The notes below the pieces were generated by a model, which was not told the origin of the DNA, ran no database searches, and saw only the letters and a program-made list of their open reading frames with translations. The translations under genes and the position numbers were made by a program. Source: an uncultured Phycisphaerales bacterium (lineage in GTDB: Bacteria; Planctomycetota; B15-G4). From it: a stretch of 64,000 nt of DNA. Positions 1 to 10,074 of this stretch are shown piece after piece. Every line of letters begins with the position of its first letter. Positions within the stretch are counted from its first letter, which is position 1. The stretch covers positions 19,558 through 83,557 of the forward strand of contig CAZBBB010000001.1 of NCBI GenBank assembly GCA_964490005.1. Reading direction: 5' to 3'.

Positions 1-1581
1 CTCGCCCGCGGGGCTGGCCAGCACCTGCAGCAGAAAGGCCGTGTCGGCGTCAGCGGGCAGCAGGTGATCGATGAGGCCGGCCTCGTCGAAACGGGTCGGT
101 GGTCCCAGGGCCGTCGCCGATCCATCGAGGAGCGACGCGCCGCTCAGCGACCACGAAGGTGCGGAGCTTCGTCCCATCGCGGCGAAGAGCTGCACTTCGT
201 CGCCCGGTCGCCCGGCCAGGCGAATCCGCAGCGGGGCGCGTTCGCAGCTGATCGAGACGTCCTCGCGCACGACGGCCTCGCGGAGACGAACGCACGAGGA
301 CTCCGTCTGGAGGACGAGATCCTTGCGACCGGCACCGTCGGCCATCAGGAACCCGCGCACGGCGTGTTCGCCGACGGCGTGGACGTCGATCAGCGGGCCG
401 CCGCCGACGAGGATGACCGGCAAGGCCTGGTCCCGGCTCCAGCCCGCGAGTTCCACGGTCAGTGCGCCGTCGCCGAAGACGGAAGCCGTCGCGGGCGTCA
501 GGCCGGTGACGGAGAGCGGCTGCCTCGCCGACAAGTCGCGCGTCGCGGGCAGAGCGGGCGCGACGAGGGGGGCGAGAGCCGCGACGGTCGCCCGGATCAG
601 GGTGGGCGAAGGATGGACGAAGTCGATGAATCCGCTCTCGTCGGCGCAACCCGCGCCGTCCGCGATCGCCTGGGCGTCGAGGGCGGGGGCGTCTTCAGCG
701 ACCGCCGCGCGCAGCACGGCCGCCGCGTCGCGTCGCGTGCGCGGGCAGGTCGTACGCGTTTCCGGCGGATGAGCCGCGGCCACGACGAGGCAGTGCGCCT
801 GCGCGTCGCGGCAGCGGCGGATCATGCGGCGCACCACGGGCTCGACGCGCGACTCGGGGACGCGCTCGCCGTGCAAGGGTCGGCCGTCGCGCCAGGCCGC
901 GACCACGCGCGCCGGGTCCTCGCGCCGGCCGAAGTGCGCCAGGAGTTCGACCAAGCGCGAGCGTGCCGCGAGCGCATCGATCGGGCCGGGCCGCGCGTAC
1001 CGCCGGAGCAGCGTCGCGTCATCGACCTCCATGGCGGGGGCCTGGTCGTTCCAGGCGGCGGGAAAGAGGACGACGACGTCAGGGCGCCATTGCTCCAGCG
1101 CCTCGATCAGGAGCAGGTCGAGCTGCTCCGTCGAGTAGCCCGGCACGCCGAGGCTCAGGACGGCGACGCGCTCGGGAGACTGGCCGGCCGCATCGAGCGC
1201 CGCCGCCAACTGCGTGCCGTACATGTCGGCGACGTCGACGCCGACTCCATACACGCAGGAGTCGCCGATGAGCACGACGCGCGCCACGTCCGGCGGCAGC
1301 GGCGTGCCCGGCCGACCGCGCCAGCGCCACGCGCCCGTCGCGTAGCGGCCGAGGTGCGACGGGCCGTGGCGATTGTGAGGCGCCAGATCGTAGGCACGCC
1401 CGGGGTGCGCGACGAATCCGGCGCTGGACGGTTCGCCCGTCGTGGCGAACAGTCTCAGGGGCGAGGGAGCGGCCAGCACCGTCGGCGTGACGATGCGGAG
1501 CAGCCCTTCGACCAGCAGCAGCGAAGCGAAGGTCGCGATCGCCAGCAGCACGACGATCGGAAGCCGGCGCCGACGCGACAT
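1..1581 (-). CDS. SGNH/GDSL hydrolase family protein, membrane-anchored (3' end runs off the window start)
   Basis: Manual translation from ATG 1581: MSRRRRLPIVVLLAIATFASLLLVEGLLR (TM anchor), VVLIGDSCVYG (block I), LGVPGYSTEQ (block II), FPAAWND (block III). Frame was open where checked, including the last 120 nt. It is absent from the track, consistent with having no stop in the window; the + ORF 64..1722 is its antisense shadow. Confidence 0.75.
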   Translation of the reverse strand, partial: MSRRRRLPIVVLLAIATFASLLLVEGLLRIVTPTVLAAPSPLRLFATTGEPSSAGFVAHPGRAYDLAPHNRHGPSHLGRYATGAWRWRGRPGTPLPPDVARVVLIGDSCVYGVGVDVADMYGTQLAAALDAAGQSPERVAVLSLGVPGYSTEQLDLLLIEALEQWRPDVVVLFPAAWNDQAPAMEVDDATLLRRYARPGPIDALAARSRLVELLAHFGRREDPARVVAAWRDGRPLHGERVPESRVEPVVRRMIRRCRDAQAHCLVVAAAHPPETRTTCPRTRRDAAAVLRAAVAEDAPALDAQAIADGAGCADESGFIDFVHPSPTLIRATVAALAPLVAPALPATRDLSARQPLSVTGLTPATASVFGDGALTVELAGWSRDQALPVILVGGGPLIDVHAVGEHAVRGFLMADGAGRKDLVLQTESSCVRLREAVVREDVSISCERAPLRIRLAGRPGDEVQLFAAMGRSSAPSWSLSGASLLDGSATALGPPTRFDEAGLIDHLLPADADTAFLLQVLASPAGE

Positions 1582-1588
1582 GGCGTCG

Positions 1589-1597
1589 AAACTAGCA
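1589..1597 (-). promoter_or_regulatory. Putative extended -10 element (TGcTAGTTT), 7 nt before the SGNH ATG
   Basis: Read directly from the sequence; function is inferred. Confidence 0.5.
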
Positions 1598-1768
1598 CAT
1601 GCTCCGAGGCCGACGTGGTTCGCGAGCAGGTCAGTTCGCCGCGGCGGGTCGACGCCGGGGCGGCTCGCCGCGGGGACGCATGCAGGCAAAGCACCCGCGT
1701 CGCGTCGCTCCGTCTGCGATAGCATGGAGCCGGCTCGTGATTCGGGGGACCGTGTGAGTCGGTCGAGC

Positions 1769-4700
1769 ATGCAGGTGCAGCGCCAAGGGCGCCTCGTCGC
1801 GACGGCGCTGGCTGTCGTGGTCGTGGTGGTCGGAGTCTGGGTCTGGTTGGGTGGCTCACTCGACGATGTCCACACCGACTCGACCAGGGCGGCGCCGCGC
1901 GACAGCGTGGCGACGGGCGTGTCGAAGGCGTGGCCTTCGGCGGCGGCGGATCGATCCGGAACGCCCGTGGCCATCGCGACGGACGCGCCGTCCGGTGCCG
2001 CACTCGACCCGCCGTCGGGCGTCGTCGCCGGCCTCGAGTTGCGCCTCACCGGGCGCGTGGTCGACTCGGCGGGTGATCCGGTCGGCGGCGCGGACGTCGT
2101 GGTGAGTGCCGGCGATCAAGGCCTCGTGCATGACATCGCGTTCGTTCAGGAGGCCCGACGGATCGGCCGCGACGCGGCGGCTTCCGTGCTCGCGCGCACC
2201 TTGCCGCCCGGCTCGCCCCCCTGGTCTCCCATGAGCACGACCACGGACTCGGCCGGGCGTTTCGATCTCGGCCCGCTGCGCGACCGGCCCGGACGAGCGC
2301 CACTCGCACGCGGCGCCGTCATGTTGCTCGCCGTCGCGGACGCGCACTGCGGCCTGCTCTTGGCGTCGACGCGGCCGCTCGCCGAGGGCGTCACCGATCT
2401 CGGCCAGCTCGTCATGCCGAGGGGCGCCTGCGTGCGCCTGAGGCTCGTCGATCCGGAGGGTCGGCCCGTGGCGGGGGTCTCGACCGGCGTCCATGTCGAC
2501 ATGCCGAGCGATCCCGTGATCGATCGCAACCGTGCTCTCGATCCCTCCTGGATGCGCGACGTGCGGAGTTGGCTCGTGTCGCGGGACAGTGCCGTCGACG
2601 GTGTCGTGAGTCTGGTCGGGCTCGAGGCCGGGGAAGCCATCGTCGAGATCCGTCCTCGCGGCGACTGGCAGGAGATCAGGATTCCCGGCGTGCAGCTGGA
2701 GGCGGGCCAATCCGTCGATCTCGGTGACGTCGTGCTCGACCCCGGCGACGTCATCGAGGGGGTGCTGCTCGGACCGGGCGGCACGCCCGTGCCTCGAACC
2801 TGGGTGACGGCCGTCGCCGAGACGCCGTCCGTCGGCGAGCGACGCGGCGCGACGGAGCTGACGGGAAAGTCGTGGGCCCAGGCGGAGAGCGGCGCCGACG
2901 GTCGCTTCCGCTTCGGAGGCCTGGGCCCCGGCGAATACTCGCTGCATGCCGCGGGGCGGGGAATGCGCTCGGCGCGGCTGTTCGGCGTGCCGAGCGGCTC
3001 GCGGGACGTGACCCTGCAACTCGAATCGTCGGCCCTCGTGCTGGTGACGCTGCTCGACGCGCGGACGGACGAACCGATCCTCGGTGCGCGAGTGACAGGT
3101 TCCGTGCCGAAGGCATTCCATCACCTGGCGCGTTGGGATTGGATCCTCGAAGAGGCCGATGAGCCGGCCCGGCCCGGCGAGTATCGACTGTCCGGCGCCG
3201 GCGAGGAGGGCGGCGTCGTGCGCGTCGAGGCCGACGAGTACGGTTCTGCCGCCGTCGAAGTTCCGCCGCTCGGAAGCGGCGTCGTGCACGCGATCACGCT
3301 GCGGCTCGGTCGCGCGCAGCGGTTCCGAGGTCGAGTCGTCGACTTCGACGATCGACCGGTCGCGGGAGCCGTCCTGCAGGCCGCCGCTCGCAGCGGCCCG
3401 GCCGAGGGCACGCCGACGCTCGTGGCGAGATCGGGTGCCGATGGCGGCTTCGAGCTGAAAGGGCTGCTGAACGGAGCGTGGACTCTCTGGGCCCACGCCG
3501 ACGGCCATCTGCAATCGAACTCGGCGGAGATCACGGTCACGGACGAGGACATCGACGGCGTGCTGGTCCGCCTCGCACGCGGGGCTCGTGTCGAGGGGCG
3601 CGTGCTGAACGGTCGGGGCGAGCAGGTCAGCGGCGCGAACGTTCTGGCCTGGCCGATCGAGAGCAGGCCACCGCTCGTGCCCGCGGCCGCGCGTGGCACG
3701 CTCACGATCGTGAGCGGGTTTCGCGAGACGCGCGCCGCGACAAGTTCGAAACTCGACGGCGCTTTCGAGCTCTCCGGGTTGGGGCCCGGCTTGTACCTCC
3801 TCGCGGCTTCGGGCCTGCCCGCGCCGGCCCTCCAGCAGCAGCTCACGGTACTCGCGTCGGCGGCCGAGGATCCGGCGGCCACGCTTCCCGATGGCGTTCT
3901 GCGCGTGAGCCTCGCGATCGGCGAGCGCGCCAGCCGCGACCTGATCGCGACGCTTCCGGCCTCGGTGTCGGGGCGCGTCACGATCGCCGGCGTGCCTCCC
4001 GAGGAGGCGCTCGCCATGGCCGTGCTCGGCGATGGGGGCTCATGGACGGTTCTGGCCGAAGCGAGCTGCGATGCCGAGGGGCGCTTCGCGTTCGCCGGAC
4101 TTCCGGCGCGTGAGGTCGTGATCGCGGCCGTCAGCCAGGGCGCCGCCGTGCCGACCTTCGAGCGCGTCGCGCTGCGGGAGGGCCAGCACTCCGTGGTGGA
4201 CCTCACGCACGGCGGGCGATCCGTGCACGGCCGCACGATCGATGTCGACACGAAGGAAGCTCTGGGCGGCGTTCCCGTCGGACTGCTCGCGGACGCGCCG
4301 GACGAAAAGCTCGCGTGGCAACGCGGGCTCCTGACGCTCCTCACGACCACGGGTCGCCACCGCGGTGTCGGCACGGGTGTCGTCTCGGATGCGGCGGGGC
4401 GCTTCGTGCTCAAGGCCGTTCCACCGGGGCGTTACGCGTCGGTGGTCCATGGCGAAGGCTGGTATCAGCCGTCCGCGACGCGCTTCGACGTGGCGGACCT
4501 GGGCCGGACCGACGACCTCGTCGTGTCCGTCACGTGTCACGCGGTGGTGGAGGGCACGGTTCGCTTCTCGGGCGGTGGCACCGTCGGGCTGGGATCGCGG
4601 GACTTCGAGATCGGTCTCTGGAGCCCGACCGGGAACGTCGTGCATCGATGGGTGTACATCCGCGACGGAGCCTACCGGCTGCAGGGTCTGCAGCCCGGTG

Positions 4701-4813
4701 ACTACGAACTGCAGGTCAAGGACCAGCGCAGCGGCACGGTCGTCGTGCATCGGCAGCCCGTCTCGTTGATCGAGAAGGAGCATCGGCGCCTCGACATCAC
4801 GTTGCGGCCTTGA
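1769..4813 (+). CDS. Carboxypeptidase-regulatory-like (Cna-B/prealbumin-fold) repeat surface protein, ~1014 aa
   Basis: ATG 1769 ([26 protein letters not shown], a TM segment) within ORF 1442..4813; about 9 units resembling G(R)V(V)DxxGxP(V)xGAxV...(T/S)DxxG(R)F. Confidence 0.75.
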   Translation: MQVQRQGRLVATALAVVVVVVGVWVWLGGSLDDVHTDSTRAAPRDSVATGVSKAWPSAAADRSGTPVAIATDAPSGAALDPPSGVVAGLELRLTGRVVDSAGDPVGGADVVVSAGDQGLVHDIAFVQEARRIGRDAAASVLARTLPPGSPPWSPMSTTTDSAGRFDLGPLRDRPGRAPLARGAVMLLAVADAHCGLLLASTRPLAEGVTDLGQLVMPRGACVRLRLVDPEGRPVAGVSTGVHVDMPSDPVIDRNRALDPSWMRDVRSWLVSRDSAVDGVVSLVGLEAGEAIVEIRPRGDWQEIRIPGVQLEAGQSVDLGDVVLDPGDVIEGVLLGPGGTPVPRTWVTAVAETPSVGERRGATELTGKSWAQAESGADGRFRFGGLGPGEYSLHAAGRGMRSARLFGVPSGSRDVTLQLESSALVLVTLLDARTDEPILGARVTGSVPKAFHHLARWDWILEEADEPARPGEYRLSGAGEEGGVVRVEADEYGSAAVEVPPLGSGVVHAITLRLGRAQRFRGRVVDFDDRPVAGAVLQAAARSGPAEGTPTLVARSGADGGFELKGLLNGAWTLWAHADGHLQSNSAEITVTDEDIDGVLVRLARGARVEGRVLNGRGEQVSGANVLAWPIESRPPLVPAAARGTLTIVSGFRETRAATSSKLDGAFELSGLGPGLYLLAASGLPAPALQQQLTVLASAAEDPAATLPDGVLRVSLAIGERASRDLIATLPASVSGRVTIAGVPPEEALAMAVLGDGGSWTVLAEASCDAEGRFAFAGLPAREVVIAAVSQGAAVPTFERVALREGQHSVVDLTHGGRSVHGRTIDVDTKEALGGVPVGLLADAPDEKLAWQRGLLTLLTTTGRHRGVGTGVVSDAAGRFVLKAVPPGRYASVVHGEGWYQPSATRFDVADLGRTDDLVVSVTCHAVVEGTVRFSGGGTVGLGSRDFEIGLWSPTGNVVHRWVYIRDGAYRLQGLQPGDYELQVKDQRSGTVVVHRQPVSLIEKEHRRLDITLRP

Positions 4814-4900
4814 ATCGCCGCCGTGCCGGCGCGCCTTGATCCGGCGGCGCGCGGCAGCCGATGATCGGGGATTCTCGGTGGTCGTCCCAGGAGAGTGCCC

Positions 4901-6247
4901 GTGCCCGCCACGTCGATGGACCAGGTCGTCAACCTCGCCAAGCGGCGGGGTTTCGTGTTTCCGGCGAGCGAGATCTACGGCGGCCTGAACTCCTGCTGGG
5001 ACTACGGGCCGCTGGGCGTCGAGCTCAAGCGCAACGTCAAGGACGCCTGGTGGCGCGCGATGGTCAGCACGCGGCGCGACGTGGTCGGTCTCGACAGCGC
5101 CATCCTGCAGCACCCCGACGTGTGGCGCGCGAGCGGGCACGTCGACTCCTTCAGCGACCCGATGGTCGACTGCCGCAAGTGCAAGGCGCGCTTCCGCGCC
5201 GACGACATGGACAACGCGGTCTGCGGCGAGTCGAAGAAGCCCGTCAGCGCCGAGTGCCGCGCGCAGTTCACCGAGCCGCGCGCCTTCAACCTGATGTTCC
5301 GCACGCACCTGGGGCCCGTCGAGGGCGAGGGCAGCCTGGCCTATCTGCGCCCGGAGACCGCGCAGGGCATCTTCACCAACTACCTCAACGTGCAGACCAC
5401 GGCGCGCCTCAAGCCGCCCTTCGGCGTGGCGCAGATCGGCAAGTCCTTCCGCAACGAGATCACGCCCGGCAACTTCATCTTCCGCACGCGCGAGTTCGAG
5501 CAGATGGAGATGGAGTATTTCGTGCCGCCGGCCGAGTGGGAGCGCTGGTTCGACTACTGGCGCGGGCAGCGCTGGGACTGGTACGTGGCCCTCGGGCTCT
5601 CGCCCGAACGCCTGAGGCGTCGCGATCACGAGGCCACCGAGCTGGCCCACTACAGCAACGCCACCACCGACATCGAGTACCGCTTCCCGATCGGCTGGAA
5701 GGAACTCGAGGGCGTGGCCTCGCGCACCGACTTCGACCTCAAGCGCCACACCGAGTCTTCGGGCAAGACGCTCGAGTATTTCGACGGGCAGACGCGCGAG
5801 CGCTTCGTGCCCTACGTCATCGAACCGGCCGCGGGCGTCGATCGCGCGACGCTGGCCTTCCTGTGCGAGGCCTACACCGAGGAGCAGGTGCCGGCCGGCG
5901 AGGGCGGCGAGATGGAGACGCGCACCGTGCTCGCGCTGCATCCGCGCCTCGCGCCGATCAAGGTGGCGATCTTCCCGCTGGTGAAGAAGGAGGGCATGCC
6001 CGAACTCGCGACCAAGATCGAGGAGAGCCTGCGCGCGCGCGGCATCGCGACCTTCTACGACCAGTCGGGCGCCATCGGTCGGCGCTACCGCCGGCAGGAC
6101 GAGATCGGCACGCCCTGGTGCGTGACGGTCGACGGCGAGTCGGTCTCGGCCGGCACCGTCACGCTGCGCGACCGCGACACGATGGCGCAGGAGCGCGTGG
6201 CGGTCGACGCGCTTCCCGACCTGCTCTCGGCCAAGTTGCTGGCATGA
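4901..6247 (+). CDS. glyQS: Glycine--tRNA ligase, alpha2 (homodimeric) type
   Basis: [49 protein letters not shown] and [14 protein letters not shown] motifs. AGGAGA at 4889-4894 favours GTG 4901 over GTG 4895. Confidence 0.97.
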   Translation: MPATSMDQVVNLAKRRGFVFPASEIYGGLNSCWDYGPLGVELKRNVKDAWWRAMVSTRRDVVGLDSAILQHPDVWRASGHVDSFSDPMVDCRKCKARFRADDMDNAVCGESKKPVSAECRAQFTEPRAFNLMFRTHLGPVEGEGSLAYLRPETAQGIFTNYLNVQTTARLKPPFGVAQIGKSFRNEITPGNFIFRTREFEQMEMEYFVPPAEWERWFDYWRGQRWDWYVALGLSPERLRRRDHEATELAHYSNATTDIEYRFPIGWKELEGVASRTDFDLKRHTESSGKTLEYFDGQTRERFVPYVIEPAAGVDRATLAFLCEAYTEEQVPAGEGGEMETRTVLALHPRLAPIKVAIFPLVKKEGMPELATKIEESLRARGIATFYDQSGAIGRRYRRQDEIGTPWCVTVDGESVSAGTVTLRDRDTMAQERVAVDALPDLLSAKLLA

Positions 6248-8031
6248 GCGCCGGCCGCCGTCGCCCGAGCGGCAAGCTGGTCGTGACCGGGCGGCCGATG
6301 GCCCCCGGCCTGGCGGTCGGGCACGCGCTGTTCCACACCGAGCACGACCTCGACATCCCCGTGCGCACGCTGGCCGCATCCGAGGTGGCGGGCGAGGTGC
6401 GCCGGCTCGATACGGCCGTGCGGGCGACGCGCAAGGCGCTCGAGGAGGTCGAGCAGCAGATCGCGAGCGAGGTCGGCACGAACGACGCGCGCATCTTCTC
6501 GGTGCAGAGCCTGCTGCTCGACGATCCGACCTTCCGCAAGGGGCTGCGCGAGCGGATCCGCGAGCAGCTGGTCAACGCCGAAGTGGCCGTGCGCGACGAG
6601 GCGCTCGTCTGGGAGCAGCGGCTGGCCGGCGCGGCGATCGGCGGCGACCGCGATCCTTCCTCCGACCTGCGGGACGTCGCGCGGCAGCTGCTGCGCCAAC
6701 TCGCGGGCAAGCCCTCGGCGCGCGTGAAGGGCGGCGAGGACCGCGTGATCCTCGTCACGCGCGAGCTCTTGCCCAGCGACGCGGCGCACGTCGACCGCGC
6801 GCGGCTGGCGGGCATCGTCACCGGCAGCGGCGGCGCGGCCAGCCACGCGGCGATCCTCGCGCGCAGCCTCGGCATCCCGGCCGTCACCGGCGTCGACGTG
6901 GCCGCGCTGCCGGCGCGCGGCGGACGCTGGATCGTCGACGGCGGCGTCGGGCAGGTCATCGTCAACCCGACGCGCGCCGACCTGGCCGCCGCCGAGCGCC
7001 GCAGCGCCGATCACCTGCGCTTCCGCGCCGAACTCATGGGTCAGACGCACGCCGAGGCCGAGACGGCCGACGGCACGCCGATCGAGATCCTGCTCAACGT
7101 CGAGAACTTCGAGGAGCTGCCGCGCGAGGTGCTCGGCGCGCAGCACGCGATCGGGCTGTACCGCACCGAGTTCCTGTACATGCACCGCGGCTCCTTCCCG
7201 AGCGAGGAGGAGCAGCTGCAGCACTACGTCGGCGCCCTGTCGCGGCTCGGTCCGCGCGAGATCACCTTCCGCACGATCGACGTCGGAGGCGACAAACCGC
7301 TGCCCTACCTGAGCATGCCGTCCGAGCCCAATCCGGTGCTCGGCTGGCGCGGCCTGCGCCTCTCGCTCGAGTGGCCCGACATGTTCTACGCGCAGATCCG
7401 CGCGCTGCTGCGCGCCTCGGCGCACGGACGGGTGCGCATCCTGTTGCCGATGATCACGATGGTCGAGGAGTTCCGGCGGGCGCGCGACATCGTCCGCGAG
7501 GTTCAAGCCGACCTGCGCCGGCGCGGCGTGCCGCACGATGCCGACGTGCCGGTCGGCGCGATGGTCGAGGTGCCGGCCGCCGCGATGGGCGCGCGCAGCC
7601 TGGCCGAGGAGGCCGACTTCCTCTCCATCGGCACCAACGACCTCTCGCAGTACGCCCTCGCCGTCGACCGCAACAACGCGCGCGTGGCCGATCTCTACCA
7701 GCCGCTGCACCCCGGCCTGCTGCAGATCGTGCATCACGCCGTGTCGGCCGCCGACGCCTCCGGGACCCCGATCTCGCTGTGCGGCGAACTCGCGGGCGAC
7801 CCGCAGGCCACGGTCCTGCTGCTGGGGCTCGGCCTGCGTTCGCTGAGCATGCCGCCCTACCACCTGCCCCTGGTGCAGCGCGTCGTGCGGGCGGTGCGCC
7901 TCGATCGGGCGCGCGCCGTCGCCGGCGAAGCGCTGCGGCTCGGCAGCACGACCGAAGTGCGACGCCTGCTGCGCCGCCACACGCTCGAACTCGTGCCCGA
8001 CCTCGGGGCCTGGCTGCCCGAAAGCGCCTGA
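6244..8031 (+). CDS. ptsI: Phosphoenolpyruvate--protein phosphotransferase (PTS enzyme I), no GAF domain
   Basis: [19 protein letters not shown] (phospho-His), [38 protein letters not shown] and CGELAGD. ATGA overlap with the glyQS stop. Confidence 0.95.
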   Translation: MSAGRRRPSGKLVVTGRPMAPGLAVGHALFHTEHDLDIPVRTLAASEVAGEVRRLDTAVRATRKALEEVEQQIASEVGTNDARIFSVQSLLLDDPTFRKGLRERIREQLVNAEVAVRDEALVWEQRLAGAAIGGDRDPSSDLRDVARQLLRQLAGKPSARVKGGEDRVILVTRELLPSDAAHVDRARLAGIVTGSGGAASHAAILARSLGIPAVTGVDVAALPARGGRWIVDGGVGQVIVNPTRADLAAAERRSADHLRFRAELMGQTHAEAETADGTPIEILLNVENFEELPREVLGAQHAIGLYRTEFLYMHRGSFPSEEEQLQHYVGALSRLGPREITFRTIDVGGDKPLPYLSMPSEPNPVLGWRGLRLSLEWPDMFYAQIRALLRASAHGRVRILLPMITMVEEFRRARDIVREVQADLRRRGVPHDADVPVGAMVEVPAAAMGARSLAEEADFLSIGTNDLSQYALAVDRNNARVADLYQPLHPGLLQIVHHAVSAADASGTPISLCGELAGDPQATVLLLGLGLRSLSMPPYHLPLVQRVVRAVRLDRARAVAGEALRLGSTTEVRRLLRRHTLELVPDLGAWLPESA

Positions 8032-8042
8032 GGGGGCGGGAC

Positions 8043-8714
8043 GTGCGCGAGACCGTCTTCGTGCTGCACGGGCTCAACCGCACCCAGCTCTCGATGGCGT
8101 GGCTCGCCGGGCGGCTGCGTTCGGCCGGCTACGCGGTCTGCAACCGGCACTACGCGACGCGCTCGCGGACCCTCGAGGAGCACGCCGACATGCTGCTCGA
8201 GCGCGTCGCGGCCGAGCGCGAGCCGGGCGGCGGCGCCGTCCACTTCGTCACGCACAGCCTCGGCGGACTGGTCGTGCGCTGCGCGCTGCACCGCTGCGCG
8301 CCCGGCCGGCCGCCGCTCGACGCGCCGGGACGCTTCGTCATGCTCGGCACGCCCAATCAGGGCAGCGAACTGGCGCAGCAGCTGGCGCACTCGCGCGCGT
8401 GGAGCGCGCTGCTCGGCCGGCAGGCGCTGGAGGTGCTCGCGGACGGGGCGCGCTTCGCGCAGTGGGGTCCGCCGCCGCTCGTCTGCGGCGTGATCGCCGG
8501 CGGACGCGGCGACGGCCGCGGCTGGAATCCGCTGCTGCACGGCGACGACGACGGGGTCGTGACCGTCGCGGGCACGCATGTCGAGGGCGAGGCGGATCAC
8601 CTCGTGCTGCCCGCCTTCCACACGGCGCTGCCGTGGAGGCGCGACGTCGCCGAGCAGGTGCTGCATTTCCTGCGGCACGGGCGCTTCGCTAGGATGCGGC
8701 CCGACGCGGGCTGA
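8043..8714 (+). CDS. Small alpha/beta-fold hydrolase (lipase/esterase-like)
   Basis: GTG 8043; FVLHGL oxyanion motif, VTHSLGG nucleophile elbow, LGTPNQGS, DDDGVVTV and catalytic-His region FHT. Confidence 0.85.
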   Translation: MRETVFVLHGLNRTQLSMAWLAGRLRSAGYAVCNRHYATRSRTLEEHADMLLERVAAEREPGGGAVHFVTHSLGGLVVRCALHRCAPGRPPLDAPGRFVMLGTPNQGSELAQQLAHSRAWSALLGRQALEVLADGARFAQWGPPPLVCGVIAGGRGDGRGWNPLLHGDDDGVVTVAGTHVEGEADHLVLPAFHTALPWRRDVAEQVLHFLRHGRFARMRPDAG

Positions 8715-8783
8715 ACGTCGCGCTCGCCGAGCGCGCCACGGGAGCGTCGCGGCGGCCCGCGCCGCACCCCACGGAGATCCGTC

Positions 8784-9371
8784 ATGGACCGGCTGCCGCT
8801 CCTCGCCGCGCTCGCCCTGCTTCTCCCGGCCGCCTGCGCCACGGCCGCGCCGCGTCCGTCCGAGACGGTCCTCAATCCGGCGGCGCCCCGCTGGGTCTAC
8901 GAACCCTCCTACGACTGGGACGAGGACGACGAGCCGGGCGTGATCTACGCCGCCGGCCGCGCCCGCATCCACCTGAACCTGAACCTCGCCGAGGAGAACG
9001 CGCGCGCCGACGCGCTGGCCGACATCGCGGCCTTCCTGGAGGTCACGATCGAACGCATGCACACGAGCCTGGCCTCCGAGGCCGGCTCGCTCGGCGAGGC
9101 CGAGGCGATCGTCTCGAGCTTCGACGACGAACTCTTCACGCGTCAGCTCGTCTCGGCGTCGCTCTCGGGCGCTCGCCTGCAGGGCAGCTGGTTCGACGAG
9201 CACGACTACCACGTGTGGATGAAGTACGACGCCCGGGACGCCTTCTTCACGCAGCTCCAGCAGCAGCTCGGCGAGCGCCTGCGCGACGGCGGCCGCGAAC
9301 TGCAGGAGGCCGCCCGCGACCGGCTGCTCGAGCAACTGCTCGCGTCGGTGGCGGCGCACAACGACCGGTGA
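8784..9371 (+). CDS. Lipoprotein, LPP20-like
   Basis: Lipobox LLPAA-C; P(R)WV...YAAG...LAEENARADALADIA pattern typical of LPP20-like proteins. Confidence 0.7.
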   Translation: MDRLPLLAALALLLPAACATAAPRPSETVLNPAAPRWVYEPSYDWDEDDEPGVIYAAGRARIHLNLNLAEENARADALADIAAFLEVTIERMHTSLASEAGSLGEAEAIVSSFDDELFTRQLVSASLSGARLQGSWFDEHDYHVWMKYDARDAFFTQLQQQLGERLRDGGRELQEAARDRLLEQLLASVAAHNDR

Positions 9372-9736
9372 AGCGCGCGCTGCTCGCGGTTCTGCTCGCG
9401 CTGCCGGCGGGCGCCGGTTGCGCCGGCTGCCCGCCGTCGTGGCTGGACGCACCGCCCGAGAGCGGCGACTGGATCTACGCCGGCGGCGCCTGCGGCGAGG
9501 TGTTCGTCGACGCCGACGCGCGGGACGTGGCCCTGACGCGCGCCGCGCGCGCGCTGGCCGAGCGACTCGGACTCGACGTGTCGGCGCGGCTCTCGGTGCG
9601 GCACGTCGACGGCCGGCTGTGGGTCGAGGCCGTCGGCGCGCAGGGCGGGCACGACGGGCTCGACCGGCTGCAGCTCGTCGACTCGGCGACCTGCGACGGC
9701 GTGACGCACGTGCTCGTGCGCCTGCCGCGCGGCTGA
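9368..9736 (+). CDS. Small lipoprotein, LPP20-like
   Basis: GTGA overlap with the previous stop; MKRALLAVLLALPAGAG-C lipobox; PSWL...YAGG...ARDVALTRAARALA resembles the preceding protein. Confidence 0.65.
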   Translation: MKRALLAVLLALPAGAGCAGCPPSWLDAPPESGDWIYAGGACGEVFVDADARDVALTRAARALAERLGLDVSARLSVRHVDGRLWVEAVGAQGGHDGLDRLQLVDSATCDGVTHVLVRLPRG

Positions 9737-9747
9737 GGCGGGCCGCG

Positions 9748-10074
9748 GTGGTCCGGGGACGCGGCGCGCGCAGCATCCTCGGCTCGCTGCCGGCCTACGG
9801 GTGGGCCGCGCTCGCGCTGGTCGCGGCGCTGTCGCTGGCACTGCTGTGGGGCGGCCCGGACGCGGCGGTGTCCCGCGTGCGCCTCACGGGCGGGGGCCCC
9901 TGGCACACGGCCAGCCTGCAGGACGACGCGCTGCGCCTGCACGTGCTGCGCGCCGGCGAGGAGCGCGAACTGCCGCCGGGGGCTTATCGTGTGACGCTCT
10001 TCGCGCACGACGGCGCCGAGGCGCACCGCGAGGTGCAACTCGTCGCGGGCGAGGTCGAACTCGACGGCCGCTAG
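9748..10074 (+). CDS. Hypothetical membrane-anchored protein (~108 aa)
   Basis: GTG 9748 in the frame of ORF 9418..10074; TM segment YGWAALALVAALSLALLWGG, then a beta-rich LPPGAYRVTL stretch. It fills the gap between neighbours. Confidence 0.5.
   Translation: MVRGRGARSILGSLPAYGWAALALVAALSLALLWGGPDAAVSRVRLTGGGPWHTASLQDDALRLHVLRAGEERELPPGAYRVTLFAHDGAEAHREVQLVAGEVELDGR

Noticed and set aside
64-1722. 552-aa + strand ORF
   Set aside because: It is the antisense in-frame shadow of the SGNH gene, Arg-rich with no motifs.
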